A stretch of DNA of 64,000 nucleotides, from contig OZ024742.1 of assembly GCA_964016885.1 (NCBI GenBank), positions 82,770,001 to 82,834,000 on the forward strand. Reading direction: 5' to 3'. Positions 13,635 to 26,639 of the stretch are shown piece after piece. The notes beneath the pieces are model-generated. The model did not search any database. It had not been told where the DNA came from and worked only from the letters and a program-made list of their open reading frames with translations. The number at the start of each line of letters is the position of its first letter. Within the stretch, counting starts at the first letter, position 1. Made by a program: the position numbers and the translations under genes. The DNA comes from Eledone cirrhosa (Eukaryota).

Positions 13635-14225
13635 TATCATATATGGAAAAGGCAAACAAGTTAAGAAAAAAATCTTTACTTACTCACTTTAATGTCTCTA
13701 CTGCAGATTCATGAGTAGGTAAAGATTTTGTTCTTAACTTGTTTGCTTTTTCCATATATGATATTATTAGGTTCTGTTAATTTGATTCACTATCTCTTTG
13801 AACCAAACTCAGTATAAGCTGGACATCGTGTATGTATGTATTTATTTATGCTTGTATCTATAAGCTATAGAGATATATATACCTTCTCATTTAGTATATA
13901 ATACACTCCATTTGCTAGTGTAGTATTGTGGCAGTATCGGACTACTTTCTAGTAGCATGCTGCCATAGTCCACCATGCTAACCTCCTGTTGGTTTCTTGT
14001 CAAGTGATACTTCTGTCATTCGAAATTTTCACTCTCAGCGAATTGTTGTGAATTCCTCTGTTGAATTTTATTTCTGGACTGAGAAATTCTCCTGATGATT
14101 TAGGATATTTCACGATATTCCATTTGAAATACCGTTATTTTCCTATTCAAACAGCAGTAGGGACATTAAAGTAAATAGGGGAAAGCTTTTTCATAACTTG
14201 TTTGCTTTTTCCATACATGATATTA
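13635..14225. repeat. three copies (one inverted, two direct) of a ~55-70-bp pLTR-like end
   Basis: 13635-13704 is the reverse complement of 13711-13764 and of 14153-14222 (TAACTTGTTTGCTTTTTCCATA..TGATA). Decayed CTGATGA..GAAA at 14092-14140. Confidence 0.7.
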
Positions 14226-14309
14226 TATATATATATATATAGATAGATAGATAGATAGATAGATATAGATAGGTAAATATACACGGGTGTGTATGATTGT
14301 GTATAGAAG

Positions 14310-15995
14310 ATTATATTAATAAGAGGAATTCCAACTTTGTCTGATTTACTCGTTTTATTTACAATCCTTTAAAATATATATAATATGGTATTATAATGAA
14401 ATAGTATGATAGAATATTAAATTCTAAGTGTTAATTGAACAAGTACTTTCATGCTTTCGCAATCTTCAGGTTCATGATATGTGGTGACAGTCGAGTTTGC
14501 AATTTTCAGCTGTAATGAGATGGGTAAATTTCCTACCTTTTATACATTTTATACAGAGAAAAGTGGCTCCAGAATGCAAAGACCTGTAAACTGTATTTCG
14601 ACCAATCAGTGTGTAGTTTCACTGAATTACTACAGCTGATTGGTTTAAGCGTCACGGCTGGTTGAGCATGTTAACGACCAATAGTCATATCCAACGTATC
14701 AATTGTTTTGCTTTTTGAAATGATGAAAATAGTATTTTCTATTAATCATCACCATCAACATCACTTTTATTATTATTATTATTGTTGTTGTTGTTGTTGT
14801 TGTTAGTGGTCGTGGTCATAGTGGTAGTAGAAGTAATACCCCTAGGCGTTATTATTGTTCATTTAGCTTGGGTTTGAATTTATCAATAAAATTCTTTTCT
14901 TTGATTTTTCTCTTGATTTCACTTGGGCTGTGTAATTTGTAGAATGGGAATATTATAAATATTCCCTGACCACATGTTGCCAGGTGGCCGCTTAGGGGTA
15001 TCTGACGGACATTTGGGTCTCTGATTTGTTGACGGTGTACCCGTGCACGTTCCGATAGTGCATTTCCAGTTTGACCGACATATAGTTCTTCACAATTCGG
15101 GCATTTAATGCAGTAAATTAGATTTCTGCTTTTGCATTTTATATTTGCATTTGGGAATATTTTTCCAGTTTTTGTTTTCATATATTGACCGGCGTGTATG
15201 GATTGACATGTGCCGCATCGATTATCATTGCATTTAGATACAGTGAATGATTGGTCTTTGTTGTTAAGGTCAAACTTTGCTTTTGTTAGCAATTGCTTCA
15301 AATTTTTTGGCTGTCTTTTACTAAGAGTCAAAGATCGATCTGTGATTAAGCCTTTTAGTTCATTACTTTGAGCAATGATCGGTAGGTTTGCTTTGGCAGT
15401 GTTGAAGATATTCTGGTGACATGGGTTGTGTGTCATTATAAATGGTTTGACCAGTTCTTGGTTTCTTCTTCCTTGGGTTGTTCTAAGTTGTTGTATAGGT
15501 ATTTTTATAGCCCGCTGTATGCCATTTTCTATAAGTAGAGATGGGTATTTTTTGTTTGAGCAAAAATTCTCTTAGTTCTGTTAGGCGTTTGTACCTGGTA
15601 TTCGTATCTTCTACAATGGTACAAATTCTTCTGGCTAGGCAGTATGGGATGTTGCGTTTTGTATGAGCTGGCTGGCACGACTTAAAATTCAGATATTGAT
15701 GGGTGTCTGTGTGTTTATAATATATATCCGTGGTAATGGTGGTGTCGTTTTTGATTATCATTATATCTAGGAATGGTAATTTGGTCCTACTCATCTCTTT
15801 TGTGAATTGGAGAGATGGGTGTAGGTTATTCAGGAGGATATTGAACTCATCCAGAGTATCTAGAAATTCTGTCCAGATGATGAAACAGTCGTCAAGATAT
15901 CTCTTCCAAGATTTTTCAATGTACTTTCTAAAGTCAGTACTATATTTTTCCTCTATTTCTTGGTAGAGTTGTTGTTCTAAGTATCCCATTACAGA
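14310..15995 (-). mobile_element. Penelope-like element 2, 5'-truncated
   Basis: WKRYLDDCF, LPFLD, YYKHTDTHQYL..S, then NLIYCIKC..YVGQTG (GIY-YIG) with a CxxxxCxxC linker. Confidence 0.9.
14436..14474 (-). ncRNA. minimal type-I hammerhead ribozyme in PLE2 3' region
   Basis: TGAAC-CTGAAGA-T-TGC(gaaa)GCA-T-GAAA-GTAC-TT-GTTCA, with palindromic stem III AGTACT. Confidence 0.8.
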
Positions 15996-16177
15996 GTTCG
16001 CAGTGTTGAATAATGTTAATTGTCTATAATAATGGATACAGATCCCATAACTCCTTGTAGAGTTGTAGAGCCACCATCAAACGGCGTGTCTAGGGCACGT
16101 TTAAACCTGGCGGAAACCCAACACTCTCCAGGTCTGAAAACAGACGATTTCTTCTATAGAGGAAGAATCAACCCCAT

Positions 16178-16297
16178 TACCGGACTGGTGCTTTATTTTT
16201 CGACCACGAAAAGATGAAAGCAAAGTCAATCCTGGTGGCATTTGAACTCAAAATGCGCAATGAGGTGGGACGAATACCGACGTATTGATGACTCTGC
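16178..16297 (-). mobile_element. divergent SINE family A copy
   Basis: the reverse complement has TTGGCAGAGTC, GAGTTCAAATGCC and GTCGAAAATAAAGCACCAG. Confidence 0.65.
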
Positions 16298-16334
16298 CAA
16301 TTCACGTATGCATTCATGTATGTAGGCATATATA

Positions 16335-16810
16335 TATATATATTTCGTTTCTGAATTTGTTTAGCAAGATTCTTTATCTGAAAACGTGTGTTGAAACCGA
16401 TATTGTTATGCTTTGGGAGAGTCATGTTGCCAATAAGAAACACACGCAACAGTGCTTTCACTTCAATTTATTATAAATTAAATTTATAAATTTAGGAATT
16501 TATAAATTTCCGGTTGGTTGGTTGGTTCCACAACCAGACGATTGTTCATATATTGTCAAAGTTCTTTCGTCACACATTCTGTGACTTTTTCAGTGACTGG
16601 GGATTCTTTTCTTTGTTTTTTGTGCCTCTCCTTTATTCTGTCCTACGCCATCTTGTTGTGTGTGTCGTGTGCTTAGTTTGCGCATGTGTTACATCCGGGT
16701 GTCTGTGTGTGTTTATATTTGTTTATTTACATGTTACTGGTTGGTGGTATGTTCTATGTGTGTGTGTGTTTTCATTTTGTCCATAATTGTAAGTTGTGAT
16801 GTTGCTGTTC
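16335..16810 (-). mobile_element. solo copy of PLE1 3' pseudo-LTR (hammerhead core mutated to CTGAAAA)
   Basis: reverse complement of 5530-6020, abutting (TA)n. Confidence 0.85.
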
Positions 16811-17029
16811 CAAGCACAAGCAAAAAAATCACAAGCAAAAAAACAGAAGCAAAAAAAAACACAGGGAAGGAAGTTATAAGCAGGGAGAATTAGCGTACAA
16901 TGCATGTTCGAGGAAAGAGTTATAATGCAGTTGAAATATACCTATTTTGTGTGGGTTGGGGTGTTAAAGCATGTTATATTTGTTATATATATATATATTT
17001 ATATATATATATATATTTATTTATTTATT

Positions 17030-18480
17030 AAAATAACAGATTAAAGTTTAAGCAAAGAATCGGTGCTTTCACCCTTAACGCGATCTTCTGAAACTAACAA
17101 AGTCAATCTGTAAACGCAGATGTGAATATTTCAAAAAACGTTGCAACCGGAGGAAGACAGGAAGACGATACTTGAATTCGTGGAAACGTTCCCTGGTAAA
17201 GAACAGGAAAAAACGAATATAATACATCATTATTTGGAGCGATGAAAAACAATTACACGCAAAGACAGAACCACATTTATGGTATAAAAGTAGTCGTAGA
17301 CTAATATTCTCTTAGGTGGTTCATAGAGACGTTCTCTGGCAATGAACGGAAAACACGAAGATAGTACGTCATATGTGGAGCTTGGAGAACAATTGCACGC
17401 AAAGACAAAACCACGTAAATGGTATAACTGTAGTCGAAGACTAAAATTCTAACTAGGAAACCGAATGATTCTCCGCTTCAGAGTTAAGAATAAAGTAAAT
17501 AAAATACAGAGGTAATTGAAATTAAATAAATACATACACGCATCCAAATACGTACATACACAAGCATACGCGAAAACACTCGCCATAGGTATACAAATAC
17601 ACGCACATATAAATATATGTGTGTGTGTGCGTGTATACAAATAATTAAATAAACGTATATAAATAAATAAATACGTATATAACAAGCACACACACATACC
17701 TACATGTAACTACACAAATGTTCGGAGATACGTCAACCAAAACACGAAGTACATATATACACACACCCTACATACGTACGAACCCGCATACTCACACAGA
17801 TGCAAAACTCACGTATACACATAACAAAAAGCATATGTACCAGAATATATAAAAAATATACGCCATAACATATATAATCAAATATACGTACGGGAAAGTA
17901 TACGTACCTTCACAAAACATACAGGTAATATATACTTACCTATGCAAATAAGTAATGGTATAAACATAACATATACTTAGCTACCACATCAAGGCGTAAA
18001 ATATCCGCGTATAGATCGTACTATCCGTTAGGGTATAATGTGGGGCTGTAATACAGGAAAGCTTTGTGCAATTTATGTTTACAAGCCGAAATTGCCTCAG
18101 ATTTTTTGTTTAAGATGTGGTCTGTGACATATAGTATTTCCAGTGCCTCAGCGGCACAGAGGTCACGTGGTCTTTTACGATCTAGCCCTAGCTAGGATCT
18201 GTCAGTGTAACTTATATTGGGTGTGGTTGTCTTTTAGACTCCAGATATAAGGTGAAAGTGACGTCATATTCTTCTTAGAGGGTAACGAAAATAATGGGTA
18301 TGCATGTAAACACGCTGCTTGAATCTATTGGCGGTTAACCTTATGTAGGCCCTACGGGACGTGGGTGTTTCAACCTTACATTTGTAGACAATGTTACTAG
18401 AGAGGCATTTCCCGGATAGGAGGCAATCAACCCGATTCCTACAATTACAGTTAGTACTAACTACAGGGTTGCACGTGTTC
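17030..18480 (-). mobile_element. decayed Penelope-like remnant (GIY-YIG + 3' region)
   Basis: CNCRNRVDCLLSGKCLSSNIVYKCKV..AYIRLT..FKQR. The 3' region contains a ~143-bp diverged tandem duplication (17185-17460). Confidence 0.65.
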
Positions 18481-18504
18481 CTATATATATATATATACAT
18501 ATAG

Positions 18505-18756
18505 TGGAGGCCCGTCGGCTAGTTGTAAGTGTGTTGGATCATAATGTCGGGGGTTCGATTCCTGGGTTGCGTGTTGTGTTCTTGTGCAAAACACTTCATT
18601 ACACGTTGCTCCAGTATACTCGGCTAAATATGAGTACCAGCAATAGCTGGGGTGTAATCCTGCGATGAACTGGTGTTTTCGTAGTTGCTACAAGCCATGA
18701 AACCGGGATAAACACCGGCCAAATGAGCCTTCTGGCTTAAGACAGACTTTAGACTT
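18505..18756 (+). mobile_element. tRNA-derived SINE family B
   Basis: B box GGTTCGATTCC, TGTGTTCTTGTGCAAAACACTT and CCTGCGATGAACTGG internal motifs, short repeat tail, inserted in (TA)n. Confidence 0.75.
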
Positions 18757-19140
18757 ATATATATATATATATATATAAAGTAGTATATAAAGTAATAGTT
18801 GTATAAATACAGTGTGTGCAACAATGATTGAAACAACGTGTATATAATCCAAACACATAATAGGTAAGCATGTAAACATGCCAGAGATTACCACTATCTC
18901 TGTAAACCTAAAAATGATAAACGCCTTTAATCGCTTTTAGGAGAGAGAGCGAGAGAGAGGGGGGGAGGGAGAGAGAGAGGGGTAGAGAGAGAGGGGGGCA
19001 GGGGTGATAGTCAGAGGGATATAAAATTTTATATCTCTCTGACACACTCTGCATCTATCCATGGATTATATACTCCCATGTTTAGTCGTATCCCCGGTCT
19101 TATCTCCGTAGACTCTACATATATTTATATATAGCAAATA

Positions 19141-19255
19141 ATTATTTCTACTTTTGGCACAAGGCCAGCAATTATCCCAGTGCGTTACTGGTGCTTTATT
19201 TTATCGTCCCTGTGAGGATGAAAGTCAAAGATAATCTGATTTGTACTCAGACTGT
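19141..19255 (-). mobile_element. SINE family A, 3' half, degenerate
   Basis: TTTCTACTTTTGGCACAAGGCCAGC...CTTTATTTTATCG. Confidence 0.75.
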
Positions 19256-19636
19256 TATTAATAAGAAAGGATTGGAGGTGTAGGCATAAATGAAGAGCAA
19301 ATGTAAAGAAGTATATCGATGGAAAAAGCCCTATTTATTCCCTTAATTCCCAAAGAAGTTGTACATCCAATTATTTGAAATGATATAAGTCATGTCCCAT
19401 AATTTGTGTCCATACATAGGCAAAGATATATAGCCATGATTGTACAAGATAAAACAATAAAATAGTTTATAAAAAACAAAAGAAATAAACCTCATTTTAC
19501 TTCTAGTAAAGAGATTATTCGTGAATTTAATCCTCCCCATTTTTATCCTGGGGTTATATAAACCATTTCAAAATTAATGTAATTTATCACCTAATAAAGA
19601 CACATTCACATACATTCAGAAATACATATACTCATA

Positions 19637-20255
19637 CAGGGTATTCGGGATAAATTTGATAGACTCTATTTTTTTTTCACATATATCCTTGTATCTGTGA
19701 AAAGAAAACGGCATTGTGAAACCTAATCACTACAGTTTAAAAAATGTCAAGGTTAACTGAAATGGACAAGTGGAAACTACTTGAATATTGGAAAAGCGTA
19801 ACCTGCATCATCATATAAATCCTGCAATCATGACAGCTGCTTAATGCACTTTGAAAGCAATAAGATTCAAATGAATAAATGTAACGGTGACCATAATGCC
19901 GTGGCTTGTACGAAAGAACACAGCAGACATTCTGATACACCAGAATTTATCCAACAACTCAAGAGAAAATGATGGAAGGCCCACTGCAATGCCTGTAACA
20001 CCAAGACCCAGCTGGCAGAGAGGATTAAGGAGACGTTTGAGGAGTCTCTAAGGACACCGTGAAAGCAGCATTTGGCAGATTCTGTAGCCAGCCGTGGTGG
20101 ATGCTGAGTGTGGCTGCTTTGAGTGAAGGTCCTCCTTTGATCATTTAATCTTTATACCACTTTCTATTTTTAATAAATTTATTTTTGGCTGACATATTCA
20201 CTTTTTTCTCCTCAAAAAGTAAAAAGAAACTGTCAAATTTAGCCCGATCACCTTG
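19637..20255 (+). mobile_element. internally deleted Tc1/mariner DNA transposon
   Basis: Imperfect TIRs CAGGGTATTCGGGATAAATTTGATAG and rc CAAGGTGATCGGGCTAAATTTGACAG, with 5' TA. Transposase C-terminal relic (AVVDAECGCFE*) near 20091-20126. Confidence 0.7.
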
Positions 20256-20539
20256 TTGGCGTCCCTGCTTATGTCAACACACACATCTATTTATGTATAT
20301 TCATATACACATGTAGGTGTCTGTCTTAATACACACACACACGCATGTATAACTATGTACTCACAAGAGAAGGAATTACACTTATGGTTATATTTCTGCG
20401 TTTATATATATGGACACAGATTATGCGAAATGTTTCATAATATCTAAATGTTTCATGAACATTCAACTCTTTCAATTATGTGTGAGGGAATAAATATGTT
20501 TTGTTTATGATAGAAGTCTAATTTTCCATTGATGTAGTT

Positions 20540-20599
<60 letters not shown>

Positions 20600-20611
20600 T
20601 GAAAGAGAAAG

Positions 20612-20699
<88 letters not shown>

Positions 20700-20735
20700 T
20701 GTAGTGTGAGATAAAGAGAGAGATAGATAGAGAGA

Positions 20736-20789
<54 letters not shown>

Positions 20790-21186
20790 ATGTGTGTATG
20801 TGCGTATATTAGATTCTCTTGGTTAAAAAAAAAAGATATGTTGTTTTGGATATTTTATTTAAAGTACAGTTTTTTCTAAAGATCATCTGGACATGGCATG
20901 TAATTTAGAACCCAATTTTTACGATAATTCGAAAAAAAAGCGGCCTCGAAAGAAGAAACAAATATGATATGTAACACTTTAACAATCATACAATGATATC
21001 TTATTCCATATATAATTGATTCTTCCCCATGATATTTAAAATATGAAAATAATAGCTTACAATATATGGTAGCTGCAGCTGGTTTCTAAACGAGACGGAG
21101 ACTAAATCATCATTGACTTAAATACAGGAAAAACATGCGTATTCATGTATATCTTTCTATCTGCCTCTCGTTTCATATATATATAC

Positions 21187-21233
<47 letters not shown>

Positions 21234-21276
21234 ATGAAATATATGAAATATGAAATATATGAAATATATGAAATAT

Positions 21277-22743
21277 ATGTACCGCGATGATGCACTTCTA
21301 CTCATAGAATATAAAAAATATATGAAATATATGAAATATATGTACCGCGATGATGCACTTCTACTCATAGAATATAAAAAATTTAATATAGAAAGAACTA
21401 GAAAACAACTGCATAAGACATTCAAAAACTTTAACCTTAGTATCACCATGGACAAAAACACTAAAAATGTTAACTTCCTAGACGCCACACTATACCTAGA
21501 CTCAAAAATATATACACCTTTCCATAAGCCTAATGAGAAACTTATTTACGTAGATACCAAGTCTAATCACCCTAGATCAATATTAAACTCTATCTCTAAG
21601 GGGGTGTCCAATAGAATCTCTAGTCTGTCCTATGACGCAAACATATTTAGCAAAAACTCACAATATTACAATCAAGCATTAGCTAGCTCCGGCCATAATA
21701 TAGAAATAGAGTTCCTACCTAAGAAAACACATAGCTACAACATCATCTCGCACAACATGTCCATGAGGAAATCTAATAATAGGAATAGCAACCACAAGTA
21801 CACCAAAGCGGAGGGTGCCACCGGAAGTAACCATTACCATGGAAACTACTGTGAGGCCTTAGGAGGAAGCAACACACCAAACACTAAAAGCAAAAATAGA
21901 AGAAGAAATAATACATTTTTCAACCCTCCTTTCAACCTAAATGTCTCCACCAACATACCTAGGGCTTTCTTCTCACTACTAGATAAAAACTTCCCTCTAG
22001 GACACAAGTACCACAACCTCTTAAACAAAAACACCATTAAAATCTCATACTCTACGACGCCTAACTTAGCATACCACATAGCTAGCAGCAATAATAGTAA
22101 AATTAGTTCTTACTTCCAACAAACAAAATCACAACGGGATGCAAACCCTCTAAATACCACTGTAGCAAGCAACAATAGCAACGGCAGTAACAATAGAAAT
22201 AACACTAGTATAAGTAATAACACCAGGGTTGTCAACCTGAACACCCAAAATCCTATATCCACCACACAGACTTCCGCATTGCATTATAACCAGCGGACTA
22301 ACGCACAGAATAATTGTAACTGTAGAGCTAATAGAACCTGCCCCTTAGATAAAAAATGCCTAACCAAGGATGTCATATACTCATGCACAGTCACGACTAA
22401 TAACTCTTCAGAAACCTATGTAGGCTCCACTTCTAACTGCTTCAAAATTAGATATAACTCGCACATCCACTCGTTCAAAAAGCACAGCCTAGCCAACTCC
22501 ACCTCACTTTCTAGCTACATACACTATCTAAAATCTAAAAATAAACCATACACACTCAAATGGGAAGTGATAGGCAGCGCGACCTCGTACAAACGACCTA
22601 ATAAATTCTGTAACCTCTGTATACTAGAGACACACAATATTATCTTCTCCAACCGTAACCTACTTAACAAAAAATCTGAGGTGTTTGCAACTTGCCAACA
22701 CCGCCTCAGACATTCCTTCCAAAACTTTAAGCCCTATATATAG
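21277..22743 (+). CDS. Penelope-like RT C-terminal half + GIY-YIG endonuclease (open but 5'-truncated)
   Basis: uninterrupted frame in the ORF track. Confidence 0.75.
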   Translation: MYRDDALLLIEYKKYMKYMKYMYRDDALLLIEYKKFNIERTRKQLHKTFKNFNLSITMDKNTKNVNFLDATLYLDSKIYTPFHKPNEKLIYVDTKSNHPRSILNSISKGVSNRISSLSYDANIFSKNSQYYNQALASSGHNIEIEFLPKKTHSYNIISHNMSMRKSNNRNSNHKYTKAEGATGSNHYHGNYCEALGGSNTPNTKSKNRRRNNTFFNPPFNLNVSTNIPRAFFSLLDKNFPLGHKYHNLLNKNTIKISYSTTPNLAYHIASSNNSKISSYFQQTKSQRDANPLNTTVASNNSNGSNNRNNTSISNNTRVVNLNTQNPISTTQTSALHYNQRTNAQNNCNCRANRTCPLDKKCLTKDVIYSCTVTTNNSSETYVGSTSNCFKIRYNSHIHSFKKHSLANSTSLSSYIHYLKSKNKPYTLKWEVIGSATSYKRPNKFCNLCILETHNIIFSNRNLLNKKSEVFATCQHRLRHSFQNFKPYI

Positions 22744-24149
22744 CAATGTCGGACTGGAACCTAACACCACATCTAGCATCAAACACCAGAGACACACCCT
22801 ATACTACATACCCAACACTAGCTGATCCATTATAACACAAACAACGACATCCCTCTGGAACCCTTCGCAGGGAAAATACCCATTTATACCTCTACGGCAG
22901 GTGTGACAACATCCACCCACCTGGACGGCACTACACCGCTCTAAGGGTAATTTGAAACACCTTCCTTAGACAGATGTAAAATGATTTAATCGAGTAGCGC
23001 TGTTGACCAGTAGGACCGGGCTGCTGAGCGCAGTGAGTGAATGCAATGCAACTGCCGTGCGGGTTGTACGTATATGGATGATCTGACGGTCAGAGAGGGG
23101 TCGCGAGGACTGCGGATTGACCTTTGGCCTGCCTGGGGACGATTATCTTTCGACATCCAATGTAGCAAGCGATGACCCAGATCTTACCAGAGATCATTGG
23201 GTCCTGAAGCAATCCTGCAATCACCGCGCCTGGTCATATGAGCAGACTACAACCACAGAGATCATTAATTTAGAATCCTCGCTCATCATCTATAATTTCC
23301 ATTTGTAGCACCTTAAGATGGGTTAATCCACCTTAATAATAATATGATCACCTTCAGCATAATTTAGTTAAACTACTCTATAGTTAGTGCACTTTATGCT
23401 TTAAAAGTCTCTCTTGGAAGGTGCACCTCACCATAGAATTTAGGGTCCATATTGGGACACATTTTAATGGCTAGATATAGAAACCCCAGAGTTACCTCCC
23501 CGCATGCATTAACTCCCCTTAGCCACACACACACTTCCGGTATTCAATGGCGTCTCTCGAAACGTAACAACCTCCTGTATCGAACTAAAGAACACCAGAC
23601 TACGATCTCTAACTGGATTGTCGTGGGTTATGTGAAAGGCATATAATCGAAATATACACTCCCTTGACCATGAAAATGCCGAAGTACATGAATTACTTGA
23701 CATCCCTGCGTTGTGCATCTCCAATACTTATAACACTTTTAATGCTTGCACTATCTTTAATACTTATAATATTTCTCCACACACAGACTACATCAATCAT
23801 ATAAAGACTTTGCCACCAGATCTACCAACCTAACACTCTTATTTACCTACCTAAGTGCCTCTACCACACATATCTCTCTGCCACACTATATAAACAAGAC
23901 GCACATGCGTGCCACACATATAACATTTGCACTATATAACCACTTATCTTCATGTTGTACTTTAACCTATATCTTTGATTTTTGATTGTACCTATTAATA
24001 TAAATGTAATCTCGAAGTGTGTACTGCCACTCTAAATTTTGTAATGAATGTTGACCCACAATGTTTGAATATGTATCAATGTTTGAATATGTATTGGTAT
24101 GTCTCTCGGCTGAAAAGGAGGTCATATAACTGTCCATGCATTAATAAAT

Positions 24150-24196
24150 TGCTCCGAAGAATCCAAACCTCGGTTTGGAGGAAACAGCTGTAAGCA
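24150..24196 (+). ncRNA. minimal hammerhead ribozyme, CCGAAGA core variant
   Basis: TGCT-CCGAAGA-A-TCCAAAC(ctcg)GTTTGGA-G-GAAA-CAGCTG-TA-AGCA, with palindromic stem III ACAGCTGT. Confidence 0.75.
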
Positions 24197-24944
24197 CAAT
24201 AATGTTTTGAACAGTTCTTTGATTCTTATATTTCATATAACTGCTCTGTAAATCATCTGATGTTTTTACATTGAGCTACTTAACTTACTGGTAATAAGGT
24301 AGTAATACATTACTGCCTACCACTATTTAGGGTGTGTGTAAAATACTTACAACTGCTTAAGGTTTTGTGTTTACATAACCATAAATAGTATAAATAATAC
24401 TATATATATATATATATGAAAAGTGCGCCAAAGCCGGCTGCCAAATAAACTTCCTAAAACGATGCCTGAATAACAACATCATCCCAAAAACTATCAAAAA
24501 CTTGCATCTACCAACATGCTTCAACTCACCAGGCCTCAAACGATCACTTAGTTATATACAAAAATTCTGCCTAAGAAAACTCATACAACACCTACACCGC
24601 ACGCTACAACACATACGGACTATTTCCAGCCTTGTACCACAACTCGCTGAAACCCCAGAAACTCTGTCCAGAATTATCTCCGCCGCTATAGACAGGTCAT
24701 ACCACCATCGCCGAGACTACGAGAAAATACGCCTAACGCAAACATTTCTCAAACTCAGCACGGCTAACCGTCTTAACAACATCCCAACTCTGAGCACCAA
24801 CAGAGGCGAACAAGACGGCACCAACACCGAACCTAGCGGCGCCCCGACCAACAACACACCTGAAAAAAACACCTCGTCACAGATTTAACAGGATCCCTCT
24901 CCCGAGAGGAATTAAACCTCCTCATCCTGGGTCCCAAGTTCATA

Positions 24945-26639
24945 TTGAAACAGAGACTGGACGACAAATTATGGCTCGACATAGAAACGAATTTCTGTCC
25001 GGCTGCCTACCAACTAAAATGGATATCGACTCTCGGCAACAGCACCACGGAATCTAACAAACCCAGATTCCCGATATACCAACTGGATCGCCCACTCTGT
25101 CCACCGCCTGCCAACCGCGAGCTTGAAGAAAAACTCTCGAGGCTAAAAGATTCCGTATTTAACATCTTACCGAAACAGAAGAAGATAGCCCCAAACCTCT
25201 CCAGGACACAACAACTCACCCTGAAGAACCTACGGAATAGGGAACTTATATACTTACCATCCGACAAAGGTAAAGAGTTTTGCGTCATCTCTCAAGCCAC
25301 ATACAACAACCTAGCCTCTGAACACCTAAGCGACAATGAATTATATACAGAGATCCCTGACATGACTGCAGCCCAGATCGAAAAACAGACCAACTCCATC
25401 TGGTTCGATATCTGTAGGAGAAGACAACTCCCAAATAAAGTTAAGCTCAACTACACCACTAGAAATAGCAGACTGCCCACTTTCTACCACCTCATCAAGA
25501 CACACAAGAATAGTACTAAGACGCAAATAAGACCCATCGTCTCTAGCATAGAAGGACCCCTATACAAAATTTCCTGGCTCCTCTCCCAGGTCCTCAAGCC
25601 TCTACTATCCACCTTTCCCGGGCATGTTAGTAGCTCCGACGAAGTCATACGTAGACTACACCAACTCCAGCCAGAACAACTTAAACTAAATAGATACGCC
25701 TTTAGCCTCGACGTTGTCTCCCTCTACACTACAGTACCCGCTCATCCAGCTGTCGATTTATTGACGGACTGCGTGGTCGCAGAGGACATCCACTGCTACG
25801 GCCTCCATCCGACGGACATACACCAGCCTTTGTCCTTCACAGTAGACAACACGTACTTCACCTTCCACCACCACACATACAGACAGACAACAGGATTACC
25901 CATGGGATCCAGCCTATTGGGCCTGCTCGCCATCACCTATATAAACCAGCTAGAATGCCGAGCCCTCAATACCTGCCATTCCCATACCTTCTTCGCCCGA
26001 TATGTAGATGACATACTCATCCTTACATCATCCCGTGAGGAGGTAGATAAAATATACACAACATTCTCCAGCATGGACGCCAGTATAAAGTTCAGCATGG
26101 AACACACCGATGACCGCGGATCCCTATCCCTACTGGACTTCCAACTCAGGGTAACAGAGGAAGGCAACATCCACACCTGCTTCTATAAACAAGTCGCCAG
26201 CAGGGACCTGTTCGTACATTTCAGATCGGCCCTCCCAGCCGGCGCTAAGTTCGGATACATAAGGAACGAACTAACACGTATCCGGAACAAATGCACCGAT
26301 GCTAGAGACCGAGACACACACACCACACATTTCCTGGAAGTACTCAAACTGAACGGATACACGACATCCACCACAAACCGTGCCAGAAAGAACAGAGTAC
26401 ACCACACCCGAGGCACTAACACTTGCTTCCTGAAGCTCGAACACTTCAGTGACGAAACAACAACAGCCATCCGCAGAGCTATCAGACGAGAGGGAGTAGA
26501 TATCCAACTGGCCCATTCAGGTCCTTATCTACGCGGACAGCTAACCAAAAGACACTCCACCAAGCATGACAACTGCTGCAGGCTAGCCAACTGCCCCATC
26601 AACGACACAGACATATGCCACCAGGCTTACGTCTTATAG
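24945..26639 (+). CDS. Penelope-like reverse transcriptase (premature stop before GIY-YIG)
   Basis: 564-aa ORF with the RT motifs listed above. Confidence 0.75.
   Translation: MKQRLDDKLWLDIETNFCPAAYQLKWISTLGNSTTESNKPRFPIYQLDRPLCPPPANRELEEKLSRLKDSVFNILPKQKKIAPNLSRTQQLTLKNLRNRELIYLPSDKGKEFCVISQATYNNLASEHLSDNELYTEIPDMTAAQIEKQTNSIWFDICRRRQLPNKVKLNYTTRNSRLPTFYHLIKTHKNSTKTQIRPIVSSIEGPLYKISWLLSQVLKPLLSTFPGHVSSSDEVIRRLHQLQPEQLKLNRYAFSLDVVSLYTTVPAHPAVDLLTDCVVAEDIHCYGLHPTDIHQPLSFTVDNTYFTFHHHTYRQTTGLPMGSSLLGLLAITYINQLECRALNTCHSHTFFARYVDDILILTSSREEVDKIYTTFSSMDASIKFSMEHTDDRGSLSLLDFQLRVTEEGNIHTCFYKQVASRDLFVHFRSALPAGAKFGYIRNELTRIRNKCTDARDRDTHTTHFLEVLKLNGYTTSTTNRARKNRVHHTRGTNTCFLKLEHFSDETTTAIRRAIRREGVDIQLAHSGPYLRGQLTKRHSTKHDNCCRLANCPINDTDICHQAYVL

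Larger units (their letters stand above)
21277..24395 (+). mobile_element. Penelope-like element 3, 5'-truncated at YRDD, long 3' region
   Basis: ORF to 22743: YRDD, VNFLD, YVDTKSNHP, CNC..CPL..C linker, DVIYSC..YVGST (GIY-YIG). Confidence 0.9.
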
